Of a stretch of DNA of 64,000 nucleotides, positions 38,942 through 51,434 are shown piece after piece; the first letter of the stretch is position 1, and the number at the start of each line of letters is the position of its first letter. Both the position numbers and the translations under genes were made by a program. The stretch lies in NCBI RefSeq assembly GCF_964355755.1, contig NC_092678.1, forward strand, positions 1,318,422-1,382,421, written 5' to 3'. Under the pieces are notes generated by a model, which saw only the letters and a program-made list of their open reading frames with translations, ran no database searches and was not told the DNA's origin. Origin of the DNA: Antedon mediterranea (Eukaryota > Animalia > Echinodermata).

Positions 38942-40538
38942 GTAAAATATTCTGCTTTTAAATTTCTTCCTTTCAGTTCATAAATTAATTTGTACCATTG
39001 CACTCATAAACATTCATTATTTAGTTTAGTATATTGCCTTTAAATCATTTAATAACAGACAGTTGTAATAATTGCCGCCGTCATATCTGTACTATCAAAT
39101 AAAATCAATACAAATAGTTTAGTACTGTGTGTATGTGATAAAAAGGGCTATTAAAACCCTATTAAAATGTTTATATTCGGACATAAAATATCTGTTTTAT
39201 TGCATCAAAGTACTATAGGCCTGCTTACTGCTTATAACTTTTATATCAATTCAATTTAGAAGAAAATTAGGTACTAAAACCAGGGAAGAGTGAAAAACTA
39301 TCAAACATATAAATATTTACAAAAATATAATACTAGTGACAGTGAATAATGAGTAAAGCTCTGTCTCCAAAATCAAACTTTTTGTCACATAAAGTTTGAT
39401 AGTGTAGACAAGGCTTAACAATGAAAGATAGAATTATCTATAGAGTTCCTATTCGAACGTATTGTTAATGTTATATTAATAACCGTTGTATCGACATAAA
39501 GATAGGCCTGCTCTATCTCCTACACTAACCATGGATAAACACGCCGTTCGCAGAAACCTTCGAATTGAAGTGCTTGGATGATTATTATCATATTAGAACA
39601 GTGTGTTTCCACGAAACATGTTTGTTACACATTGATTGATCACTTTATTTAAAAAAAAATCAATATATAAATCAAACAACAATACAAAACGGAAAATCAC
39701 ATTAATTAGGATTTTCTCCAATTTAGTTAAGAGATTTGAAGATCGTAACAGATAGTTCGTATAGTACACCTAACAAGATCAAAACTCTTATTCTAAATGT
39801 CTGTCTACACTATCAAACTAGTTTGACAAAAAAAGTGTGATATGCCTAAATATGGTGGTGATATGACATCATCATGTCCATATGGGCATAACTCGCCCAG
39901 ACATACACGCTAGGTATCCAAGCCGTTAAGTCAGAGATACCGTCTGCCATTTTAAAAACTTTTTTTTCTAGATATTTCTAGTTCTTTTTCTATCAGATGA
40001 ACGAGAAGAAGAGAAACGTCTAGTATCTTCAATTTAAAGTTCAATGTGTCATAAATCATTATGCAAATAATATCATATTTTGAAATTACATATTTAGGTA
40101 TTAGATATTTTAACATCTGTCGTACACCTGGTCGTAATAATTCCAAAAGGTCAAATGACATAAATATCATCATAGATGTCATATTGATAGCAGACGATTG
40201 CATTAATTGATCTCTAGGGACAGCACAGTATATTATATTACAGTTATTACTATAGTTTTGTATCGCTAACTATAATAATTATTAATACTGTATTGATATG
40301 AATATTAAGGCTAAGGGAGTGGGTAGAAGAGAAGTGTGCTGAATGAAAAGGTCCGCCTCTGACAAGTATCAAAATGCACACGTTCAATGTCCAAACCATG
40401 CCAGTCTATGACTCTGTGAGGTGAGGAGGGGTGGACGCCGAATGTTCTGTAGTTATGATTGGTCTATAGATAGTAAATAAAGTAACGAACTTAAAATACA
40501 TTTTTTATTTGATTGCCTTTTGTTTTTTTTTTATATAA

Positions 40539-40697
40539 AGCTCTGTCTACACTATCAAACTTTATGTGACAAAAAAGTTTGATGTGCCCAACTATTGTAG
40601 TGATATGCCCACATAGTAGTGATATGACATCATCATTTCCATATATAGGCACAACACATTTTTTTGTCACATAAAGTTTGATAGTGTGGACGGAGCT
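40539..40697. mobile_element. MITE family A, full length
   Basis: TIRs and TAA TSD on both sides. Confidence 0.85.
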
Positions 40698-40822
40698 TAA
40701 GAAACAACCCAGCTTATTAGTAATTACCAAACCTTCTGTTAGTAGTATACAATACTAAACACTGTAGTTGCTTCTCCTTCGCTCATTAATTTTTTATAAT
40801 TACGTTCAATTATATTTTGCAG

Positions 40823-40940
40823 AAGATTTCGAAGAAGACGGGCTACTAGAGTTTCATATATGGCTGATTTGTTTAAGTGCCAGTCTTGTACTATGTATTA
40901 TTTTTGTTTATTCTGCTTTTGAGAAACGAAAACAAAAAAG
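40823..40940 (+). CDS. Membrane protein exon 3 (transmembrane helix)
   Basis: ttttgcag| .. AG|gtaaaa; phase 1-2; EDFEEDGLLEFHIWLICLSASLVLCIIFVYSAFEKRKQKR with a basic stop-transfer cluster. Confidence 0.75.
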
Positions 40941-42015
40941 GTAAAAAAAGAAATGCGCGGTGCATTGATTAACTTCGCTTATCTTTAAAGGTCAAAATGT
41001 TTATGTTTAGTTAGTCTAAGAAGAGTGTTGATAATGTGATTGACAAGTAATAAGGGAATTACCCTATGTGTTTTTTTTTAATCTCAAAATGGTATATTTA
41101 AACTAATGTAACATGTAACGCCTGTATCGTTATTTTACAAGTTAGGGCCTATGATACACGCGGCACATGTGTAACACATAATATGCTGTATCACAGAATG
41201 TGTCTATGATACTGTATAGATACAGTACCAAGAATTGACTGCAAAGTCTGGTTTACATAATGAATCGAGAGTTTTGTTTGTGTGTTTCGTGAGATAATTG
41301 TGATTACCATTACATTAGTCAGCAGCCGCATAATGTATTCCTCGACAAATAATAGGAATTAGAAGTCAAATTGCGATTAAAATAAAATGCTACTTTACTT
41401 AGCTGATTTTTGGTATAGTCTTAATTTAATCAGTATCTAGGCAAATTTCGTGATATAGTATCCTATGTGTTTTACATGTAACTCATCATAATCGTAGAGC
41501 CAAATATTAACCTAAATCCTAAACATTCCATGTTACATCACATGTGATACACGTCAGACGCTGTATTAAGGAATTTGGCTATGATACTTGTAGAGATACA
41601 GCACTGGTGACATGGGAATGATGTAGATCAAATTAGTTGTATATCACATGATAAAAATCCACCGTATTTGATTCTGATATTTAATATGAAACGGTTAATT
41701 ATTGAGGTGTCAGTAGGCTGATGCAGAGAACACTTATTGCTGACAAATTTCATCACAAGGTCTCTTGTGATACGTTTTCTTGTTTGTGAAGGACTAGATC
41801 TTGTCACATCATTTATTAAATTCATATAATTATAATTATTGTTATTATGCTTTACAAAAATACGTCAAAATTCCATTTTATTCCTTAATATGCGACAGTA
41901 GTTAGAGCCGATGATGGCCTACTCGTCTATCAATTCTTAAGGCAAATTCGGGTACGCGTTTTTTGCAGCCAAAGTCCATGATAATAATGCAATACTGTAA
42001 TGTACACCCGATTCT

Positions 42016-42335
42016 GCAGATGTCACTAGATAGATTTTAACTGACTATCGCAAGTCACCAGATGTCATTATATAGATTCTAACTGATTATCGCAAGTCAC
42101 TAGATGTCACTAGATAGATTCTAATTGACTATCGCAAGTCACTAGATAGATTCTAACTGACTATTGCAATTCGCAAGTCCCCAGATGTCACTAGATAGAT
42201 TCTAACTGACTATCGCAAGTCACTAGATGTAACTAGATAGATTCTAACTGACAATCGCAAGTCACTAGATAGATTCTAACAGACTATCGCTAATCACTGG
42301 ATGTCACTAGATAGATTCTAACTGACTATCGAAAG
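42016..42335. repeat. 32-42-bp minisatellite (tcactagatagattctaactgactatcgcaag)
   Basis: Visible directly. Confidence 0.9.
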
Positions 42336-42675
42336 TTATCTCAAATGTATTAAATACTTAACATACAAATCACAATGCTACACACGAATGCACGTCATTT
42401 TATGTACCAAGGCACGAATATTTTTTTTCTATGATCTAATCTCCGTGAGAGGTTTTACATGTTATGCCTAAAGAAGTCAAGAAGAATAGGTGTGCGAAAC
42501 CCCTGAAACAGAATTCAATCTTAACATTATTATGAAAAATGCATGAAAAGTAAGATATGTATACGACAGTACATAATCGTAAAACTGCTCTTAGAATTTT
42601 GGCTCCATTTAAATGTATTATTCAAGATACATACAGAATTATTTTATTAGCATTGAATAAACGTTTTATCTTTTA

Positions 42676-42819
42676 AGCTTTGTCTACACTATCAAACTTT
42701 TTATGTGACAAAAAAATGTTATGTGCCCATATATGGACATGATGATGTCATATCACTACCATATTTAGGCACATCACATTTTTTTTTGTAAAACTAGTTT
42801 GGTAGTATAGAAAAAAGCT
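42676..42819. mobile_element. MITE family A, ending 20 nt upstream of exon 4
   Basis: TIRs; TTA TSD on both sides. Confidence 0.8.
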
Positions 42820-42839
42820 TTATTTATGTGTTTTTACAG

Positions 42840-42921
42840 AAAGCAAGGAAAAGAGCAGCATTTTATTTTACAATCTAAACACTATGCACACGAAGTAGCC
42901 GGAGTTAGAAGAACTTTAATG
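42840..42921 (+). CDS. Membrane protein exon 4
   Basis: tttttacag| .. ATG|gtaagt; phase 2-0; KQGKEQHFILQSKHYAHEVAGVRRTLM. Confidence 0.7.
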
Positions 42922-43344
42922 GTAAGTTTGTGTGTTTTTCTACACTTCTAGCTTCGACAAAAATAATGGAGCAACATTGTCGCAACCGAGTCGATGATGA
43001 AGGTTGCTCTACTTAGCCCTATCAATGTTCACTGATAAGAAGGAAAAGAAATAATTCCTACTTAAATAGTGCATGACACCTTCATAGTACTGTATCTCGA
43101 AAAATTAATTACTAACAGATTCGATCTCGAATTCGAAGCTAGTTCGATTTGTAAAAATGTCAACAATGTAGTACCAGGCACTCCAGAAGATTGAGTACAC
43201 CGTAGGCCTAATATTTTAGTTAATAGTTTTAAAATAAGAAGTTGCTTTATCTGTTGGCAACAATTAATTTTGTAATTTAATATTTTGAAAGCTGTACTTT
43301 ATTATTATAAGACATCGATTTCCAGGTTTGTTTTTTGTTTTCAG

Positions 43345-43569
43345 GAGTGTTATAATATGCCTCGTATAAAAGCTAGGCCAGAGGATGTGCCAAAATGCGA
43401 CAACGAATTCCCGGAGAGATCACGCCTGAGCAGTGACGAGGACTTCATTGATTCTCTGTCTGGATCTCGGGAGTCTTTTCTTCATCCTAAATGGGAGTCG
43501 AGGGCGCCATCAATAAAAGTTACTATTGCGGAAACGACGTTAGAACGATTAAATGAAAATGATGAAGAG
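43345..43569 (+). CDS. Membrane protein exon 5
   Basis: ttttcag| .. GAG|gtttgt; phase 0-0; ECYNMPRIK..RLSSDEDF..LERLNENDEE (within ORF 43285..43659). Confidence 0.75.
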
Positions 43570-43952
43570 GTTTGTTTCTTTTGCCGCATTTTTTATTTCA
43601 TGGACGATGAACCGATTCTCGGCACTGTACAATTATGGATACCTAGTACTGTATCATAGGCTAATTCAATGATACAGCATCACATGTCAGCCTATATCAG
43701 CATACTGTATTACATGATTTGCCTATTTATGTGAGAATAGGTCGGATGACAGTCAAACCTATTTTAATTGCACATAACTTGGATGACGTAAGAGAATCCC
43801 GTCCCGCAAGTTAGTTGACCAATCACGACACAATAGATCATCCGTCGAACTGTCGTGATTGGTCCTTGCGTTGCGTCCAAGTAAAAACCAGGCTTAATAG
43901 TGGCGCATTGGTGTTTCGTTATTTAACAAACAATTTTTTTGTTATTTTTTAG

Positions 43953-44357
43953 GATATATCTGACCACGATTCATTTGGAAAATGGACACCGTCTTATACG
44001 CAACATATTCACTCGAAAAGGAAAGCGCCACCGTCACGTAAAGTTTCATCGAGTGAAATAAAAACGTCTGCCTTAGGAAAGCGTTTTAATAGCGTCGGTC
44101 GACGCATTTGTACTAGCTCAGCGTTTCTTAACCTCTACCGCCAAAAACGAAATACAACTAGTGCTGCTGCTGCGGAAGGCCCGTCGAGTGCTGATCCAAC
44201 GATAAATGCAATTGCAACGAAGGTTGATGAAACGGCAGCCACATCCGTGGAACAAACTTGTACAGATCCTAGCAGTTCTATTGAAACGGCTGTTGATTTT
44301 AACGGACAAACAGACGAAACTGGTGTTATAGAACATGATGTTATTTTGAATGTATGA
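43953..44357 (+). CDS. Membrane protein terminal exon 6
   Basis: ttttttag| then 134 open codons DISDHDSFGKWTPSY...EHDVILNV followed by TGA; joined CDS is 1254 nt (417 aa). Confidence 0.75.
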   Translation, partial: DISDHDSFGKWTPSYTQHIHSKRKAPPSRKVSSSEIKTSALGKRFNSVGRRICTSSAFLNLYRQKRNTTSAAAAEGPSSADPTINAIATKVDETAATSVEQTCTDPSSSIETAVDFNGQTDETGVIEHDVILNV

Positions 44358-44471
44358 CACAGTACCGCGAACTAGACATTATAACAAAATGTTTAAACTT
44401 ACATTTGGTGGATAACATATTTGCAACTTACATTTTGGTTATAAGGACAAATATATAAAACATTGTTTTAG

Positions 44472-44614
44472 AGCTTGGTTCCCACTAGGACGTTACGCAA
44501 CGCAAGCGAGTTGACCAATCCCAAGCGACAGTTCGAATAACCCATCGCTTTTGATTGGTCAATCGCTTGTATTGCGCTTACGTCATTGTGTTACGTCCTA
44601 GTTGGAACCAAGCT
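44472..44614. mobile_element. MITE family B in the presumed 3' UTR
   Basis: TIRs agcttggttccc/aactag. Further copies or fragments at ~13233-13510, 16085-16213, 23170-23270, 33778-33885, 36119-36262, 43778-43894. Confidence 0.8.
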
Positions 44615-45127
44615 CAGGAAGAGGAAATTCACGTGGAACATTGTTTGGTGCCGAAGTTGTCTACAATGGGTATGCTTTTTTGGTTTTTGTTTAAATGATA
44701 TATGGAATGTTTTAATCAGGGTATGTTACATACAATGCATTTGTCAGTGTGTTCATTATTGTTGACTGCGATGCGGCCTTCTAAATAATAAAATTTTACT
44801 GAATTTCTTTGCTAAAACCTTTTATATAAGACTTGTATAGCAATAACATTGCTAGTTAATTTTCGTATTGTTGTACATACTAACAAGATATATTTTGCTA
44901 ACTGAATCACAAATGTTGTAAAATGATGATAACGTTAAATTATGCAAAGATAAGCCGTTTTGTGTACCAAGTTCGTATTTAACTAACCCATTCCAAAAAT
45001 TATAAAATTTGTTAAACGTAATGTTTTATTGAAACAGTTCATAAAGCATCTCTTCTACCTGACGTAAACAATGTTCTGATCGAACACAGTTGTTAGATCT
45101 GGAATCAATGCTTTTGCCATTTAATAT

Positions 45128-45410
45128 ACAGTAGTATTTGGGACACCACCTCTGTTCATAGGACACTTTCTCATAAAACAACGAGAAGTAATATGTGTTT
45201 AACACTTAAACTCTGTCTACACTATCAAACTAGTTTGATGTGCCCAAATACGATACTGATATGACATCATCATGCCCATATTACATGAACACAACATTTG
45301 TTTGTCACATTACGTTTGATAGTGTAGGCAGAGCCAAGTACAAAACTTATTAAAGGGGTGGAGACCTTCGTTTGGTCCCGAATGTGTCCCATTAATAGAG
45401 GTTGAACTGT
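45128..45410. mobile_element. Tc1/mariner-like MITE with a nested family A MITE (~45208-45335)
   Basis: tacagtag..gggacacc ... ggtcccgaatgtgtccc..aatagaggttgaactgt ends; internal ctctgtctacactatcaaac..tttgatagtgtaggcagag. Confidence 0.65.
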
Positions 45411-46808
45411 CAATTCACATTTGTTAAAGTTTAATTTGCATAATACAATTTACAAATTGGTATAGGCCTTTTATTTTTCAATTATCTAAATTCTATATCG
45501 ACACATTTTTACGATAATTAAAAGAACGGTTGGAATGTCAACATTGATAAACGTTGTTGTTAATAAAAGTCTTTTAAAATATCCAGTGTTTATTATTGTT
45601 TTTTATGGTGGAAAATGTTGTATATTCTAGTATGCGTTCACATGGATGATGACGCTACTTTTTAGTGATATGCAAATGCCCTGATGATAAAGGTTCGTTT
45701 ATACTAAGGCCGATAACGATCGACCATAAATAGATATAATATATTTATCATTCTTACAGAAAACAAAAACCATATAGGATAACCATTGTACTGTGTTCGA
45801 TAATACTTTAAAAAAATCCAATGAAATGACATCATCGACAACATTTTATATATTGATACAATAGATTCTTATTGATTATGACGTCAAATGATTGGACACC
45901 TTACGAATGCATGCAGTATAAATAGGATCCTATCTAAGATGAAAACTTTAAAAGTCTATTTTGTTTTCTGTATGGAAAATGTAATATATTGTTGATTATC
46001 CGTAGTAGACGGGCCTTAATTATTAAGGATGGCATTCGTCTATAGAATAAGGCCTAATGATTCAAATAATTTGCATAACTACATAACCTATGAATACTAA
46101 TGAGGCAAAACTTTGATACACGCATATTTTAAGTGTGTGACTCGGTTGACAAACCTTTTTCAGAGCCCTGGGTGTTATCCTCTTGATTAGTTTTTAACCT
46201 AGAGGAACATCTACATAGTGTACTAATGTCAGACACATATCCCATGAATATAAAGTACGCGATTAAATCATGATAATAATGGCTTGAGAGACTTGATAAA
46301 GGTGTAACGCATTAAATAAAACTAAGTCTCGTCCCACAAAGAAAAATGTGAAATAGTACATTAGTATGCTGCTGCAGTACATAATATGGAATCTAGGCAT
46401 AATACAATGTGGGATAACTGTTCCCTATACAGTTAACAATGGCTAGATTTTTCGCGCCGCTTCTTTAGGCAGTTATATTCAAGAGAACGGTAGCATTATG
46501 AACAGTTTCGTGCGTTATCTGTTTATTTTCTTCATTCATAAAACAAGAAATTCTTTGTAAATTGTAAACGTTTTTATTTATTTTAAAGAATGTAGATATA
46601 TTTCTGATGATAAATTGTTAAATTTAATTAAACTGAATTATTAATTTTTACACTGATAATTAAAAAAAGTGACTCATGAAAGCAACGTTTTATGTAGACG
46701 ACTTAAATAATACGAACTCGTTTTTTCCATCTACTATCTCGCGCATGAGATGATGATGATTTTAATAATGTCGCCCTCTATAATTTGGTAGACAGTCAAA
46801 TAATAAAG

Positions 46809-46898
46809 ATGGCATTGAGAAAAAGCAGACAATTAGTAAATAAGTCATATTTTAATGGCGTTTTTCGCCATTTAGATAACACTTGTTTTCATAAAAAG
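46809..46898 (+). CDS. IDH3G: NAD-dependent isocitrate dehydrogenase gamma subunit, exon 1 (mitochondrial presequence)
   Basis: aagATGG; MALRKSRQLVNKSYFNGVFRHLDNTCFHKK, basic and acid-poor; AAG|gtaagt, phase 0. Confidence 0.75.
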
Positions 46899-47263
46899 GT
46901 AAGTTTAAGATAGAAGTAGATTAGGTCTAACAAGTTTTTACCATGATTTACAATGATTGCACTTCTAAAGCTATTTATTCAAAGAATTTTGCTAGGCCTA
47001 GGCTACTACTAATTTTCGTCTCTCTATCATTATCTCACAATTCCTTCTGCGGCCTCGATAGATATTTACCGCGGGGCAGTAGTAGTAGTGGTGTGCGATC
47101 TATGGAAGGCTGGGCCTGCCTGCAATTTTTGTACTGAGACCGACCCTGTGACTACATTATAGGATTGGAGTATATCAGTATAGTATATCATTTTAACTGA
47201 TCTTTTAAAAGATTAAGATCAAAACCTTAATTTTTAATTAAAATAAAATATTTTTTTTTTTAG

Positions 47264-47323
47264 GGTAACCTGCCTAAAATTACATCAGCACATTGTTTTC
47301 AAAGAAGATGTGCTTCGAGTGAG
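47264..47323 (+). CDS. IDH3G: IDH3G exon 2
   Basis: (t)11ag| GNLPKITSAHCFQRRCASSE |gtaaat; phase 0-0; RRCASS resembles a presequence cleavage site. Confidence 0.7.
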
Positions 47324-47737
47324 GTAAATTGTTTTTTTTTTTTGTATAAAGTACTTAATACTATTCCTATGTCCATTATAGGGCCTAACCTTAGTTTACT
47401 TAATTCACCACACCTAAAGTCTTTTCTTTTCCGAAATAAATTACAGTATTTGTGTAATGTATTAGTAAATACTGTTGCACTCTCTATACAAGATACCTTT
47501 AACATTTCAGATATTCCTTGTATTTATTAAAGAAATGATGTGGCTTTGCTTTTTAGTTTCTTCCACTTTTAAAATATTCTGTAACATAATCTATGTTTGT
47601 AAACCTGTTGATGTGAATGCAAGTTTAAAAACTGACATGCATGGACATTTTATTTCAATGTTCTTTGCTATCTAAATAATGCAATTGTTTTATCCTTTTC
47701 TCCCACTTTCCCCTTTTTGATTTGTGTACAATTACAG

Positions 47738-47758
47738 GAAGAAATTCATAAATCTCTG
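47738..47758 (+). CDS. IDH3G: IDH3G 21-nt microexon 3 (EEIHKSL)
   Basis: Long pyrimidine tract, ttacag| .. CTG|gtatga; phase 0-0. Confidence 0.55.
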
Positions 47759-48188
47759 GTATGACTTATACATTTATTTATTTGTTATGCATGATCTTAT
47801 GTTTACTAATTTCAGTGTTTTTGTTTAATTAATTAATTGTTTTAGTTGTTTGTGTTTTGTTTCATAATTGGTTTTAGTATAAAATTTGTGTTTGTAAAAT
47901 GTTTTGTGTGTATGGTAAAAATCTGTAAAGTCCTCTTGAGTCAAAGAATTTAGGTGGAAAAATCTCACCTAGGTGAGGAAGCCCAGTACAACTACATTCA
48001 ATCAATATTATTTCCAGAATATGCTTACAGCACTGCTACCTGCTTAGAGATAAGAAAAAACATCTTTCCGTTTTTGCCCAACTTATTGGTTAACTGTTCA
48101 ACAACAAATGCACATAAGGTGTTGAACCTTGGGTACAAGACCGACCCCAATCTAGCTCCTGGCTACCCACAGTATCTTACATTTACTG

Positions 48189-48685
48189 GCCTACTAGGTC
48201 AGGTGTCAATGAAAATGCCTACTAGGTCAGGTGTCAATGAATCCGCCTACTAGGTCAGGTGTCAATGAATCCGCCTACTAGGTCAGGTGTCAATGAATCC
48301 GCCTACTAGGTCAGGTGTCAATGAATCCGCCTACTAGGTCAGGTGTCAATGAATCCGCCTACTAGGTCAGGTGTCAATGAATCCGCCTACTAGATCAGGT
48401 GTCAATGAATCCGCCTACTAGGTCAGGTGTCAATGAATCCACCTACTAGGTCAGGTGTCAATGAATCCGCCTACTAGGTCAGGTGTCAATGAATCCGCCT
48501 ACTAGATCAGGTGTCAATGAATCCGCCTACTAGGTCAGGTGTCAATGAATCCGCCTACTAGGTCAGGTTCCAATGAATCGGCCTACTAGGTCAGGTGTCA
48601 ATGAATCGGCCTACTAGGTCAGGTGTCAATGAATCGGCCTACTAGGTCAGGTGTCAATGAATCCGCCTACTAGATCAGGTGTCAA
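48189..48685. repeat. 28-bp tandem repeat, ~18 copies
   Basis: Unit cctactaggtcaggtgtcaatgaatccg. Confidence 0.95.
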
Positions 48686-50813
48686 GATTCATATGGTCGT
48701 GAGAGCTTCGCCAACGTTGTGGAATTTTTTAGTGTCCTAATTTGAACTAAAGACGTTTCTTTTCCAAAATTGTTTTCATTTATCTAACATACTATTACTA
48801 GTTAGTATTTAATGTAATTCTTTAATTTATGTACAGTGCATTGTGCGACTGTATCATTGATATCAGACAGTATAACCAAAGTCATGTCTGTTATTACCTT
48901 AAAAAATTTACAAATATAGAGATGATCAAATTAGTAATAAAAATAAAAAATTACTTTGCTGCATATTATATTATAAAAGTAATATTTAGACATGATGATT
49001 AATATCTATTCTAACTCATTGTTAAAATATAATGCTATAGAATATCAAAACTAAACTTTTTTTTTTCAAATAACCATACAAAATTACTACTACTCCAGTT
49101 CCATCATTTGTTTAACCCTTAACCCATTCATTCTATTAATTTGATACAAAATACAGTACTTGCAGTAATTAGTAAATAATAAGTAAACTAAATTTATAAT
49201 AAAGCATGTTTTCAAAATGTATGACTGAAAATAAGTCATACTGCTTTCAATTAAAAACATAATTTAAAAAAAGATTAAGTTTTATGTTGAGAAACTTTTC
49301 CTTTACATTTTGTTTTTTTGTGTGTATAGAGTTAGTTTTTACTGTATAGCCATGTGTCTATTTAAAGGCAACAGGTAAACTTAGTTTTTATTGTATAGCC
49401 ATGTGTCTATTTAAAGGCAACAGGTAAACTTAGTAGATAATGCACGCAAGCTAATGTTTTTATATTTTAAAAAAATAATTAGGTTTAGACCGGCAGCCCA
49501 GAGACATTTGGTTAGATGAGCTAGGTACCAATATCTGACTATTTGAGTGTGTTGGGGGTCACTTGAAATGAATGAAAATGGGAGTCTGCCGGGTACCCCC
49601 TGCTGCGTCTAGACCGGGGGGACCCCGAAACGTGCTAAAAAATCGGCACAGGTTAGATGAGAGAGATACCACCTAATTTTACCACCATGGGATGCCCATT
49701 GGAATCCTTATAACAGTATCACAAACGACAGACTTTTTCTCTGCTGCAAAAGGCCCGCCAGACCCCCCCGAGGGAGGGCCTAAAATGGGGTTAGCATAGA
49801 TGAGTGAGGTACCACTCAAAATCAATTCCATACGAACAAGTTGTGTTCATACAATACTAAATGGATAACAACAGACTAATTGTCTGCTGCACCGCAAGTG
49901 CCAGACACCCTAAAGTTAGACTAGAGGCCCCCCTTCCCCAACTAACCCAGCTTAGATATTGTAGATACCACAAGCAACCAATGTTATATGATTTAGCACA
50001 TTGTAAGCAATACCAAATGACCTATTACAGACTATCTGAACACTGCCCTGGCCCTGGCAGACCCCTCTAAAGTTAGACTAGAGACCCTCTTTCCCCAACT
50101 AACCCAGCTTAGATATTGTAGATACCACCAGCAACCAATGTTATGATTTAGCACATTGTAAGCAATCACCAAATGACCTATTACAAACTATCTGTACACT
50201 GCCTTGGCCCTGGCAGACCCCTCTAAAGTTCGACTAGAGACTCCATTCCCCGAATTGTTGATACCACCAGCAACCAATGTTATAATTATGATTTAGCACA
50301 TTGTAAGCAATACCAAATGACCTATAACAGACTATCTGTACACTGCCTTGGCACTGGCAGACCCCTCTAAAGTTCCCCCATTTACCCCAAGTATATAGCC
50401 TACCTTAGATATTGTAGATACCACCAGCAGCAAAAATATAACCACCCAAAACAACATGTTTAATTGAATAAAGTTTAACTTTAATCGAACTAACACAAAA
50501 CAATTGAAAATATATCACATCAATGACGATAAAATGACCATTACCATTCTAAAGGGAAAAATAGTTTAAGAGTTTCAATTAAAACTTATATATTATAAGC
50601 CAAATATATATAACAAGTATGGATTCGGGTAAATTTAGCATTCCTTGCCTTTGGATGTCAAAGATACATCCGTCTGTAACTCTTGGACATATTTTAAGAG
50701 AAAGCTTAGTAATCAAATTCAGGATTGTAGTAACTTAATCTAAAGTGATTTGATTAATTAATAGTGGGTAATTTTAAATGCTGTATATTATTATAATCTT
50801 AATCCTGTATTCA

Positions 50814-50851
<38 letters not shown>

Positions 50852-50975
50852 AATCCAAAGGCAAATTACTGAAAAAATGACAATGCTGTGGGTATCAGTG
50901 GCTGGATCTCAAAGGAGATACAAAAAAAAGCGAAAAGCTAAATCAAAACGATAAAGTAAACAGCCAGAAAAGTTA

Positions 50976-51014
50976 GCAGAGCTTTCGGGCAACACTAGCC
51001 CTTCATCAGTGCAA
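50976..51014 (-). ncRNA. Minimal type I hammerhead ribozyme (Penelope pLTR), intact core
   Basis: Minus strand: ttgca CTGATGA a gggc-tagtgtt-gccc GAAA gc TC tgc; stem II, palindromic AGCU stem III, stem I gca/tgc. Confidence 0.8.
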
Positions 51015-51434
51015 GTCTTATATAGATGCGTTGAGGCTGCAAACGTGCTCAATTGGAATCAAGAGCGAATATATATTTTTATAAAGTAGATGGAACACGG
51101 ACGTCTATTACACGGTGTTTCACGTTAAACGATCTTCAGATAGACTGAACAATACCGTATCTCGATCGAAAAAAAATATTTAAAAAAAAAATTATAAATA
51201 TATGTAATTTTTTTTATGTACTTTATTTATGTAGATATGTAGTACTGTATCTATTAAAAAAGGTATTTGAACAAAATTAGAGATCTCAATGAGATCCAAA
51301 TTGACAATTGCCGCAAAATCCTCACTGAGTTTAACGTTGAAATTCACTCTAGAACTAAGAAGTTGAAAAGAGAACTTCCTGCATCCTAGTTTCAAAACAA
51401 ACTCAGGATTATCGCCAATGACTGCCGTAAACAA

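Noticed and set aside
46735-46815. IDH3G promoter motifs (NRF1-like gcgcatg, YY1-like aagatggc)
   Set aside because: Plausible for a mitochondrial housekeeping gene, but the matches are short and imperfect, so not reported as features.
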